From positions 1 through 43,956 of the forward strand of contig JABWBM010000029.1 in the NCBI GenBank assembly GCA_013360495.1: a stretch of 43,956 nt of DNA, given 5' to 3'. Below the pieces are notes generated by a model that was not told the origin of the DNA, searched no databases, and saw nothing but the letters and a program-made list of their open reading frames with translations. Source of the DNA: Planctomycetaceae bacterium. GTDB taxonomy: Bacteria > Planctomycetota > UBA8742 > UBA2392 > JABWBM01. Shown one piece after another: positions 16,801 to 25,760 of this stretch. The position numbers and the translations under genes were made by a program. The stretch's first letter is position 1. Every line of letters begins with the position of its first letter.

Positions 16801-17619
16801 ATGTCGAAGAACCTCAAACTCCTCGTATTCGCCGGCGCCGCAATCGTCATGTTGAGCTTTGGCGCTCTCATGATCTTTTCGGACGGTGACGAGGGAAATT
16901 CCCCGCCGCCATTGACAGCGGCTCAAACCCAACCCGCGCTTTTGGTATTGCCACCTTCACCCGTGGTGACACCATTGCCGGGCGAACTTCCCGTTCCAAC
17001 AACAGAAGGCACCGGCACCCCGAACTCTCCGGCGGGGAGAACAACGGCTCCGAAACCCGTGGAGCAACCCAAGCAGCCATCCGCTCCAGGGCAAGTCGTC
17101 AGCTATGAGATCCAGTCCGGAGACATGGTTTCCAAAATCGCATCCAAGTACGGCTGCAAACGCAAAGACATCTACGACCTGAACGAAGGTCTCAACGATC
17201 AGACGGCCACACGCTTGCAGGTCGGCCAGAAGATCAAGGTCCCCGACATGCGAGGCATCGGCGGCAACACCAAGGATGGTGGCAACACCGCCAATATTTC
17301 GAACAAGACATCAGACTCGACACCAACCGTCAGCACCCCGACTCCGCCGCAAGCGCCCGAACCTCCCGCGCTCACCGGCTCACGCACCCATAAGCTCAAG
17401 CTGGGAGATAACATTTTTGCACTAGCAACCTACTATTATGGCAGTCCCGTACACTTCAGACTTATCCGCAGCGCGAACCCTGATTGGGACTGCACGCCTG
17501 CCAATAGCGAAAGTGTTGGCCGCGAACTTGTGATCCCCGCCCTCAAAGGCGAAGGCAAATCGACCGTCAGCAACGAATCAACGTCGACCAGCCACAATCC
17601 AATCCCGTCGCGCGGTTAA
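16801..17619 (+). CDS. Membrane-anchored protein with two LysM domains
   Basis: TGGAG RBS; N-terminal TM helix; Pro-rich linker; YEIQSGDMVSKIASKYG...LQVGQKIKVP and HKLKLGDNIFALATYYYG...GRELVIP. Confidence 0.88.
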   Translation: MSKNLKLLVFAGAAIVMLSFGALMIFSDGDEGNSPPPLTAAQTQPALLVLPPSPVVTPLPGELPVPTTEGTGTPNSPAGRTTAPKPVEQPKQPSAPGQVVSYEIQSGDMVSKIASKYGCKRKDIYDLNEGLNDQTATRLQVGQKIKVPDMRGIGGNTKDGGNTANISNKTSDSTPTVSTPTPPQAPEPPALTGSRTHKLKLGDNIFALATYYYGSPVHFRLIRSANPDWDCTPANSESVGRELVIPALKGEGKSTVSNESTSTSHNPIPSRG

Positions 17620-17648
17620 GCGCCTCGGCGAACATAGACAACAAACTT

Positions 17649-17695
17649 CAAGCCCCGGTGTGTCGTCTATCGCGCCACCGGGGCTTGGTGTTTTT
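17649..17695 (+). terminator. Hairpin between convergent LysM and NFACT genes
   Basis: caagccccggtg...caccggggcttg followed by gtgttttt. Confidence 0.65.
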
Positions 17696-17738
17696 AGGCC
17701 GGTTTCATGCGAGGAATCGCCTTTGTACGATTCGCCGC

Positions 17739-18677
17739 TCATGGGCGCGCGAGCAACCTCGCAAGCCGGACTTCATCGCGCTTGATCGTCAGCGTCTTGA
17801 AATCGTTGAGGTACACCAGTCCGGGCTTGGCTCCCTTGGGTTTGCGAACATGCTTGCAGCGCGCGTAATGAACGTCGGCGCGCAAGCTGTCGCGCTTCGT
17901 GGAAAAATGCAGCGCGAGTTGGCCGCAATCGAGCATCGTCTCCAATGGCGGCGTCTGATCTTTTTTGTTCCGCAGGATGACATGGCTTCCCGGCGCGTCG
18001 GCGAGGTGAAAGAACCAGTCGAGCCCGTTGGCGATGCGCGTGGTGAGGTGATCGTTGGCGCGCGCGTCACGGCCCACGAGGATCTCCCACCCCTCGATGC
18101 TCGTGTACGTGCGCGGCCTGATCGCCCGGGGCAGCGAGGCGAAGGGGCCGGCATCCTCGCTCTGTCCCTTGGCGCCGGAGCCTTGCCGCGCGGGAGCGAG
18201 GATCGCCGCGATGTCGGGAAGCGCCACGAATGCTTCAAGCTCTGCATCAGGCACCGCAGCCATCCGTTGTTCGATGACCGCGAGCGCCGCGAGTTCGCGC
18301 TCGAGTGTCGCGATGCGCGAGGCCGCGAGCTGCACCCCGCGCTCGCCTTTGCGCGCCTGCAGGAAATAGCGCTCCATGTTTTCCTTGGGCGTGAGCTTGG
18401 GGTCGAGCGGCACGGTGGACGCGATGGTATTCCCCTGACTATCGTAGCCGGACAAGCTTGCTTCACTCGCGCCGCGCTTGAGTGTGGCGAGGTTGGTCTT
18501 GAGAAGTTCGCCGTGGGCGCGGCCGGCGACGAGCACCTCCGCGCGTGCGAGATCCTCGCTGGCCTTCTCCCGCGCGCGCTCGAGCTTCGCCCGCTGCCGC
18601 GCGATGGTGGCGGTTATCCGCGCCCGGAGCCCGGCTTCGGGGCTTGCGGCTTCGTTATTATCGGGATGATCTGCCAT
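17739..18677 (-). CDS. NFACT-R domain protein (RqcH/FbpA C-terminal half)
   Basis: GELL, LDPKLTPKENMERYF..ARK, ILVGRDARANDHLT, WFFHLADAPGSHVIL, VRKPKGAKPGLVYL. Confidence 0.88.
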   Translation of the reverse strand: MADHPDNNEAASPEAGLRARITATIARQRAKLERAREKASEDLARAEVLVAGRAHGELLKTNLATLKRGASEASLSGYDSQGNTIASTVPLDPKLTPKENMERYFLQARKGERGVQLAASRIATLERELAALAVIEQRMAAVPDAELEAFVALPDIAAILAPARQGSGAKGQSEDAGPFASLPRAIRPRTYTSIEGWEILVGRDARANDHLTTRIANGLDWFFHLADAPGSHVILRNKKDQTPPLETMLDCGQLALHFSTKRDSLRADVHYARCKHVRKPKGAKPGLVYLNDFKTLTIKRDEVRLARLLARP

Positions 18678-18767
18678 GACTATCGCGGCGGATCATACCA
18701 ATCTTCGTCCGCCGAACCGCCTTCGCTGTAGGGTCATACCAAACCCAAAATGGTTGTTGGATTTATC

Positions 18768-18833
18768 CGTCATGCCGGCGCAAGCCGGCATCCAGCGACT
18801 ATGAGAAATCGCTTGTCACGTCTGGATTCCGGC
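18768..18833. repeat. REP family A
   Basis: cgtcatgccggcgcaagccggcatccag ... ctggattccggc. Confidence 0.7.
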
Positions 18834-18886
18834 AGTATCAGGCGTGCTCGATGCGGCCGATGAAACGCTGATAGCGCTCGGTGAGT

Positions 18887-20245
18887 CTATTTCTTTTCTT
18901 CCGCCGCTTTGCTCTTCCACTCGATCATGATCACACGGTCGTTCTTCTTGTTGTCGCCGTCGTAGGTGGTGGTGGAGAGATAGAGTTTGCCGTCGGGGCC
19001 AAAGGCCATGTCCGCGATGCCTGCACCCGGCAAGCGGTCGGGGCTCGGCATCGAGAAGAACTGCTCGCGGCTCACCACCTTCGTGCGCGACTCATCGAGC
19101 GTGACGCGCCAGATGATCGAGCCGAGGTAAGCCGCCACAAAGAGTTCATGTTTGTATGCGGCGGGGAAGTTTACAGCCCCCGGTTCGAAGGCGATGCCTG
19201 TGACCGACGGGCAACGCGCCCACGCGTCGATCGGGTCAGCGTAGCTTCCGGGCGCGGGCTTGAAGTGTGGCTTCATCTTCGCGTTGTGGGGATCGTCCAT
19301 GCGTCCGCGGACCAGCGGCCAGCCGAGGTTTCCGCCCCGCGGGATGATGTTGAGTTCATCCCAGTCGTTTGGCCCGTTTTCGGTGCCGAAAAGCGCGCCC
19401 TTTACGGGGTCGAAGGCGATGCGGTAGGTGTTGCGTAGCCCGTAGGCGAAAATGGATTTCTGTTCGCGACCGGCGCCTTCCTCGACAAAAGGGTTGTCGG
19501 CGAGCGCCTCGCCCGTTTGGCTGACGCGGGCGATCACACCACGCAGATTCTTGTAGTTCTGCGCCTCCCATGACTTGCTGGCGGTGGCGACCGTCGCAAC
19601 ACCGTCTTTGCCATTTTCGCCGTTGGAGAAGTAGAGCATGCCGTCCGGGCCAAAGACTATGCCGCCGCCGTTGTGGTTCCAGCCGGCGCTGAGGATGTCG
19701 CCCGGGATGACCACCTCGCTGGTCCCGGCCTTAAGCGTTTCGCCTTCACGGGTGATGGGGAAGCGCACGATCTGGTTCTTGGTGGGCTGCTTCTCCGCAC
19801 CGATGGCTTTAAGTGTGTAGTAAATATAGAGCCATTCCTTGCCGCTCTCTTTGTCCTTCCAGCCGGTGAGGCCGCAGAGGCCGCGCTCGCAATATTTGTC
19901 GTCACTGGCGCAATCGGCGAGCGTGACGAGCGGCTCCGGCGCTGGTGTCCATTGGTCGTCTTTTCGTTTCGCCCAGAAGACCTTGCCAGTTTCCTTCTCG
20001 CCGTAGACCATCTCGCCGCCGGACAGGAAAGCAAGAGCGCTCAAGCGCCAGCGGCCATCGACAACGACTGTGGCTGTGAAGCCTTCGGGAAGGGTGGCTT
20101 TTTCGACGGGGCGGGGCGTCGCGAGCTCATTCTTGTTCTGCAAAAGAAGAAACGCGCCGAAACCCGACAGAAGCGCGATAACACAGACGAACGTCACAGT
20201 TCGGAGGGGTGGAAGGACGATGCGCATGACTGTGGCGCCTTTCAT
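18887..20245 (-). CDS. PQQ-dependent sugar dehydrogenase family (GSDH beta-propeller), exported
   Basis: ERGLCGL, HNGGGIVFGPDGMLY, DNPF, YGLRN, ENGP..DELN, GGNLGWP, GPDGKLY. ATG 20245 follows GGAGG. Confidence 0.88.
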   Translation of the reverse strand: MKGATVMRIVLPPLRTVTFVCVIALLSGFGAFLLLQNKNELATPRPVEKATLPEGFTATVVVDGRWRLSALAFLSGGEMVYGEKETGKVFWAKRKDDQWTPAPEPLVTLADCASDDKYCERGLCGLTGWKDKESGKEWLYIYYTLKAIGAEKQPTKNQIVRFPITREGETLKAGTSEVVIPGDILSAGWNHNGGGIVFGPDGMLYFSNGENGKDGVATVATASKSWEAQNYKNLRGVIARVSQTGEALADNPFVEEGAGREQKSIFAYGLRNTYRIAFDPVKGALFGTENGPNDWDELNIIPRGGNLGWPLVRGRMDDPHNAKMKPHFKPAPGSYADPIDAWARCPSVTGIAFEPGAVNFPAAYKHELFVAAYLGSIIWRVTLDESRTKVVSREQFFSMPSPDRLPGAGIADMAFGPDGKLYLSTTTYDGDNKKNDRVIMIEWKSKAAEEKK

Positions 20246-20250
20246 ATGCT

Positions 20251-20991
20251 CTATTCTTCCTCCGCCGGTTCCTCGGGCAGATCGGCGTCGATCTTGGGCC
20301 ATGAGGTGACGTCGTCGCCCCGGCCATACTGATTGATGCCGTCCTCACCGAGGCTCCAGATGCACCAGCTCCGGGCAGCCGAAATCTTTGTCTCGGGATC
20401 GACGATGTATTCGAGTAGTTTGTTGAGGTCGATCTGCTGGATCGCGCCCTCGGCGTTGGTGACGGCCATCGGCGTTGCGAGCATCAACGGGTCGTTCCGC
20501 GCCTCGTCGAGATTGACATAGATGAGAGGATGTCCCCAGCCGTCGCGGATTTCGAAAAGCTTCAACGCGCCTTCGACGTTGGCGAAGTTTTCCTGAATAG
20601 CGTCGTTATCGACGTTGGACTGGTATGTCTGGAGAAATTCGTTGTCAATCTTTCTACCACCTTCAATGGATTGGGAGCGCAGCGCCATGACCAGCGTTTC
20701 GATGCCGGTATTCGTGGAATTAGGGTCCATGATGACCGTGCCAGTGGCCATGTAACCCGACGTAAGCTTGTAGAGGTTCCCGGGCGGGAAAAACTTCATG
20801 TGGTCGTTGAAGCGTTTGAGTCCCGAATCGAGCGTTTTGATGGTCAGATCGGTCTCGGCCTCCTTCGATTTTCCAAAGACGTCGAATACCGCGATAGCCA
20901 GCACGCCTACGAGGATCGAGAGGATGCCGATCACCACCATCAGTTCGATCAGCGTGAAGGCGCGAGACGCCATGCGATTCCGGAATGTCAT
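20251..20991 (-). CDS. Prepilin / GspG-like pseudopilin
   Basis: Class III signal RA|FTLIELMVVIGIL (E at +5); DGWGHPLIY and IWSLGEDG...GDDVTSW. Start uncertain (20973, 20991 or 21150). Confidence 0.82.
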   Translation of the reverse strand: MTFRNRMASRAFTLIELMVVIGILSILVGVLAIAVFDVFGKSKEAETDLTIKTLDSGLKRFNDHMKFFPPGNLYKLTSGYMATGTVIMDPNSTNTGIETLVMALRSQSIEGGRKIDNEFLQTYQSNVDNDAIQENFANVEGALKLFEIRDGWGHPLIYVNLDEARNDPLMLATPMAVTNAEGAIQQIDLNKLLEYIVDPETKISAARSWCIWSLGEDGINQYGRGDDVTSWPKIDADLPEEPAEEE

Positions 20992-21031
20992 TCCCGCGCA
21001 GGCGGGACACGAAGTGCGCGGAGCAATCCAG
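20987..21031. repeat. REP family A in or just upstream of the pilin gene
   Basis: gtcattcccgcgcaggcggga ... aatccag. Confidence 0.65.
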
Positions 21032-21149
21032 TCCTCGCAACGGTTGTTGGTTAGCTCTGGATCCCCGTTGCATTCGGCGTAACGCTTCGCTTGCCTCATG
21101 TCGCGGGGATGACGTCGCGTAGCGACGGGTTCTATCGAACAAGCAGTCA

Positions 21150-24100
21150 TCAATCCTGGTCCTCCCGGCGGGCGAGATTGCTATCCAGCACCCACTCGCA
21201 TTCGTCGACTTTCAATTCACCCGTCGCCCCGGTCGCGCCATAGACATAGAAGCCGATGGCCATGACGCCCTCGCCATCCTCGGCGACGTAGTTGGCGTTG
21301 TCGAGGGGCTCGCGTTCCTCATTGCCCAAAGCATTGAGAAGATTGATGGAGATTCGATAGCCGTTGAGCTCGATTTCATAGCGGATCGTCGAGCCGTTGG
21401 GCTCGGGAACGAAACGGTCGATGGTCAGTTCGACGCGGTCGCCGGCTTTCAGCTTGTCGCCGCCGTATTGGCGTGGGTCGATGATGACCGGTTTGCCGTC
21501 GCGCATCAGCGAACGCTCGGTCTTCTCTGACTCCGCGCGCACTTCCCAGACGAGGTTATTTTCAGCGTCGAAGCCCACCATCAGCGACCAGTCGAATGCT
21601 CCGGTAAAGCCGCCCTCGGCATCCGCAAGCCGTGTGAGGTGGACGCCTCGCGTCGCCGACGAATCGCCGAGTGCTGGGATCACCACGCGCACGCTCGCCA
21701 CCGATGCGAATTTTTCGCGCAGGCCCAAGCGCGAAACGCGCATGTCTTCTTGCTGGTTCCGAACAGCCGCGACCAGCGCCCCACCCTCGACGCGTGTGGC
21801 ATCGACGAAGCCCTGATCGGCGCCCTGCGGGAAAAGCTGCCAGCGGTTGCCGAGGTTATGCGCCGTTCCGGTGCGCTCGAAGGTGTCGCGCTTCCTCACT
21901 TGACGCTCGTTGGCGGCTATCGCGCTCAGGGTTTCCATCGCCCAGCGGAAGCTCTCGGAATCCTTGAAAGCCTTCATCGCTTCGCCGTCGCCGAAGTAGC
22001 GCGGGTCCTGACCAACGGTCCTCACGCGCTCCAATGCGCGGCGCGCCTCTTCCAGCAGCGCCGCCTTCGATTCGCGTTTGCCGATTTCGTAGCTCGCGTA
22101 GGCATAAATGGTGAAAGCCTCCATCGGCGGGGCGGAGGCAGCGAGCCGCGCCGACTGCGCCGAGCCGGCCGGGCGTGGCGTCATGCCAAACTCTTCGGCG
22201 TCCTGCATCCCGCGTTGCGAAAGCTCGCGCGCACGGTGCAGGTAGCTCAGCACCAACGCGCCATCATTGGTCAGCCCGGCAAGCTGAACATAGAGGCCCG
22301 CAAGCCGCACGGTCACAGCGGGCTGGCTCGGGTTGACGTCGAGACTCGCCGAGTAGTGGGCCGACGCCTCGCGAATGCTGCGTGAAAGACCGAGCAATGC
22401 GCCCGTCAGAGCCGCGCGGCTTTCGTCATCGAGGGGCTGGTTTTGCAGGCTCTGGATTTCGGCGTTGTGAGCTGCGGCGCGTTCCATCATCAGGCCGCCA
22501 AGACCGTTCATGGCAGCCGCGAAACGCGGGGAGCCGCGCAACGCAGCGTTGTAGTGATTCTCAGCCATGTCGAGCACGCCCGCGCGCTGATAGAGCGAGC
22601 CAAGGGCGTAGTTGAGGCGCGGGTCCTTCGGGTTGGCGATGAGTCCCGCGCGGTACGAATCGAAAGCGTCGGGAAAGCGGCCGGCGATTTCATGGGCGCG
22701 GGCATCGGCGAGGAAAGGTTCGGCGCAGAGCGGGTCGAGCTGCTTGGCGTAGGCGAGCGCCGCGTGGACTTCCTTCAGGTCGCCCTGCGAGCCAGTCATT
22801 TCCGCGCGCGCATGACCCCAGAGACTCAGGACGCGGGAGCCAATGGGGGAATAGCCGATACTCCCCGTGAGCGCCGATGGCGCGCGAGCGGCAGCGAGCA
22901 ACGCCTTGAAATTGGTGTTCTTTTCGATGGTTTGCAACGCCTCCTGATACTTCGAGCTATAGAGCAACATCGACGCGAGAAGATAGTCGGCCTCATCCAT
23001 CGTCGTGGCGTCGCTCGAGAGCTGCGCGAAAGTATCGAAGGCCGATTTGAGTTGATCGCGATGGAGCAGGGCGCGCGCCTTGAAGAGCAAGGCGCGGTCG
23101 CGCGTGGCTTGGGGGTTGCCGTCGGGATAGGTGAGCACGGGAGCGCCGGACGATGAGTCGCCGTCAATGGCCTCGACAAAGCGGTTGGCAAGCTCCAGTT
23201 CCTGATCGACAAGGCCCAGCTCGCGATAGCATTCGATCTCGAGCAGCGTCGCCTCGGCGAATGTCGCGCCCGCGACCTGCAGGTGCGGGATCGCGTCTTC
23301 ATAGAGCCGCAGGCGCTTGACCATGATCCGTCCGGCGCGCAGGCGGAACTCGAAGACGTCCGGCTCGGGCACCTCGTTACGAATTGCGTCAAGGTAGACG
23401 GAAAGCTCGGCGTCGACATTCTCTCGCCCCTGATGCAATTCCGCGAGGCGCATATACACCTCGGCGTCGCGCGGAGCGCTATTGCGCGTGAACGCATATT
23501 GGTTCTGATAGAACACCGCATAGGCGGATTGCTCGACGTCAGAGAAAGCGTCGGGCTGGGCGTCGAGATTTTCAATCTGGTCGCGGAAGGCAGCGTCGAA
23601 CTCGATCACCCGCGCAAGGCGCTCGGCCAATGGCTTTGCGAGCACATACTGCTCCCAGATATCGACCCAAGTCTGCGGGTAGCGGAGAATTTTGAGCTGA
23701 TCGAAGGAGACGGTACGGGTTTTGAGGCGGTCTTGAGCCGAAGGTAAATCCATCTGCTGATAATGGAGCACGGGTTTCCCACTCGCTTGCTTTGGCTCGC
23801 GGTAGTATTGAAGCATCTTGTCGTAGGCCTGTACGTCATATCGTTTCACCAGCTTCGATGTCGGCCAGCGTTCCAATTGACGTTGCAGGAAGCGCGCGGC
23901 CTCCGAGTGTCCGGGTATTCCGGCAAGCTCAACTCCCGTCGGTCTGATCTCGATGGCCTTGTCCGAATCGGGCGACTTGATCACCATGTTCCGGCAGGGT
24001 TTCCATTGGCCGCCCGGACCGAGCAGACGCTCGACCTCTGTTACCGGCTCGAGCATGGTGAGCGCGAGGACTCCGGAATCCGGTGCGCCGGAATCCTGCG

Positions 24101-24170
24101 CCGTGGAACGTCCGCCCGGCTGCGCGAGCAACGCAATGACTGATACGACGATCAAAAGTCCCCGGCGCAT
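21150..24170 (-). CDS. Large exported TPR-repeat protein with beta-rich C-terminal domain
   Basis: Signal peptide; TPR motifs AKQLDPL..EPFL, GLIANPKDPRLNYALGSLY, AALRGSPRFAAAMNGLG; 1006 aa. Confidence 0.8.
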   Translation of the reverse strand: MRRGLLIVVSVIALLAQPGGRSTAQDSGAPDSGVLALTMLEPVTEVERLLGPGGQWKPCRNMVIKSPDSDKAIEIRPTGVELAGIPGHSEAARFLQRQLERWPTSKLVKRYDVQAYDKMLQYYREPKQASGKPVLHYQQMDLPSAQDRLKTRTVSFDQLKILRYPQTWVDIWEQYVLAKPLAERLARVIEFDAAFRDQIENLDAQPDAFSDVEQSAYAVFYQNQYAFTRNSAPRDAEVYMRLAELHQGRENVDAELSVYLDAIRNEVPEPDVFEFRLRAGRIMVKRLRLYEDAIPHLQVAGATFAEATLLEIECYRELGLVDQELELANRFVEAIDGDSSSGAPVLTYPDGNPQATRDRALLFKARALLHRDQLKSAFDTFAQLSSDATTMDEADYLLASMLLYSSKYQEALQTIEKNTNFKALLAAARAPSALTGSIGYSPIGSRVLSLWGHARAEMTGSQGDLKEVHAALAYAKQLDPLCAEPFLADARAHEIAGRFPDAFDSYRAGLIANPKDPRLNYALGSLYQRAGVLDMAENHYNAALRGSPRFAAAMNGLGGLMMERAAAHNAEIQSLQNQPLDDESRAALTGALLGLSRSIREASAHYSASLDVNPSQPAVTVRLAGLYVQLAGLTNDGALVLSYLHRARELSQRGMQDAEEFGMTPRPAGSAQSARLAASAPPMEAFTIYAYASYEIGKRESKAALLEEARRALERVRTVGQDPRYFGDGEAMKAFKDSESFRWAMETLSAIAANERQVRKRDTFERTGTAHNLGNRWQLFPQGADQGFVDATRVEGGALVAAVRNQQEDMRVSRLGLREKFASVASVRVVIPALGDSSATRGVHLTRLADAEGGFTGAFDWSLMVGFDAENNLVWEVRAESEKTERSLMRDGKPVIIDPRQYGGDKLKAGDRVELTIDRFVPEPNGSTIRYEIELNGYRISINLLNALGNEEREPLDNANYVAEDGEGVMAIGFYVYGATGATGELKVDECEWVLDSNLARREDQD

Positions 24171-24173
24171 GTT

Positions 24174-24701
24174 TTAGCGGCCCTCCCGGTCGCGGAAGTC
24201 GTAGGGGTTCTTGCCCTCGTCGCGCACCAGGTCCACCGGGCGCTTGTCGCGCGGGGCTGCACGGTTCTGCAACTCAAGCGAAGGCGCGTCGCCCACCGTC
24301 ACATCAAATCCGGGGACGTCGGGAATCGCCGGCGCGTCGAGGGAGAGCGGCGGCATGGGGAAAACGGCCTCGCCATCGCGGGCGAAGAGGTCACGCGCTG
24401 CAACAAGCTTAGCCAGGTCGGGGGCGGGGAGGCGCTCGTCGAGTTTCTGGCGTATAGCGTCGCTCTCCGCCGAGTCGTTGGCTTCCGGAACGGCCATCGC
24501 CTGCGAGAGAAACGTCGAGATGCCGCCCGCGTCGTACTTCCCGGCCATGTCCTTGATGGCGCGGTCGCGCACGACGTTGAAGTCGGGCGCGGTGTACTGC
24601 GTCGCGAGCGCGAAGTATATGGCGACCGCGATGGTAAGACCGAAATAGGTCTTTTCCCGTCCGGGGTAGAGGCGCTTGATATAGCTGACTCCCAGTCGCA
24701 T
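24174..24701 (-). CDS. Bitopic membrane protein, hypothetical (PilP-position gene)
   Basis: AAGGAAGG RBS; single N-terminal TM helix; co-oriented in the operon. Confidence 0.65.
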   Translation of the reverse strand: MRLGVSYIKRLYPGREKTYFGLTIAVAIYFALATQYTAPDFNVVRDRAIKDMAGKYDAGGISTFLSQAMAVPEANDSAESDAIRQKLDERLPAPDLAKLVAARDLFARDGEAVFPMPPLSLDAPAIPDVPGFDVTVGDAPSLELQNRAAPRDKRPVDLVRDEGKNPYDFRDREGR

Positions 24702-24713
24702 AGCATCCTTCCT

Positions 24714-25760
24714 TTATCTGCGCCGCGGCGGGCGGTCCTTCGGGTTGGTTTCCTTGTCGCCGGTGCCGAAGGGGTCGTCCTCCTCCGGCTTTTCGCCCGC
24801 GTCTTTGCCCTCGAGGCGCGCGAGCGCCTGCTTGAGCGAGCGTTCGGGCAGTTCCGCCTCGGGTACCACGGAATACGCGACAAGCGTGACGTCGAGCGGG
24901 ATCTGGCGCGTGTCGAAATCCTCGTTTTCTCCCTTGCTGAAAAGGTCTTCAATACCGATCTTGAAGTTCTCGACGGCGAGCCCGCGCCCGTGCATGCCGT
25001 CCTGTTCGTCCTGTTGCAGGTCGCCGAGGAATGCGAGCAGCGCAGCTTGGGTCCCCACCGCCTTGACGGTAAGACCGATGGTGCGAAGAGGCTGGGTGCC
25101 GCCGGTAGTTCCGGATGCGGTTTTCGCCCCGCGTTGGGCGCTCGGGATACGTTGTTCGAGAGTATTCAGCGCGCCATCGGCGAGGAAGGAAAGCTCGGTC
25201 ACGCGCGAAACTTTCCAGCGCTCAGCGGCCCCTGCCACGCGCCGCAGGATGTCGAGGCGCAGCAGCTTTTGCTTGAGCGTCGTTCCGCCCTGACCGCCCT
25301 CGAGCGTGAAGTCAAAGCCCACGGTCGCTGGCTGACTCTCGCGGCCGATAATCACCGGCTCCCAGTACCGTGTATAGCGCAGGCGGTTGCGCACGTCCTC
25401 GAGGCGGCGCATGTAAAACTCCGAGCGCATGTCCTTGTCGGCACCCTCGCCGAGCGTGTCGATGTTGTAGTCGGCCGCCACCTGAAACGCGAGCGCGTTG
25501 GACTGCGCGGTGACCAGCTCGCTCATGGCGTTACGCTTGGCGCGCAACTTGACGATGGCCGCGTTGGCCGGCATGCCATAGGTTTCGACATCGGCGAGCA
25601 CGTCGCCGATATGCTGATCGAGTGTGGAGCGGGCGCTCTGCTGGTCGCTCTTTGTCTGCGTCTTTACCGGATCGACTTTTTTATGCGCGTAGATCGCGAA
25701 GGCGATGCTGACCGTCAGCATCGCGATGAAGCGCCAGTGTTTGGTGAGGAGCCGCATCAT
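24714..25760 (-). CDS. PilO-like bitopic protein
   Basis: N-terminal TM helix, coiled coil, C-terminal ferredoxin-like pattern IGLTVKAVGTQAALLAFLGDL...LAVENFKI...LDVTLVAY; follows the PilM/N gene. Confidence 0.6.
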   Translation of the reverse strand: MMRLLTKHWRFIAMLTVSIAFAIYAHKKVDPVKTQTKSDQQSARSTLDQHIGDVLADVETYGMPANAAIVKLRAKRNAMSELVTAQSNALAFQVAADYNIDTLGEGADKDMRSEFYMRRLEDVRNRLRYTRYWEPVIIGRESQPATVGFDFTLEGGQGGTTLKQKLLRLDILRRVAGAAERWKVSRVTELSFLADGALNTLEQRIPSAQRGAKTASGTTGGTQPLRTIGLTVKAVGTQAALLAFLGDLQQDEQDGMHGRGLAVENFKIGIEDLFSKGENEDFDTRQIPLDVTLVAYSVVPEAELPERSLKQALARLEGKDAGEKPEEDDPFGTGDKETNPKDRPPRRR

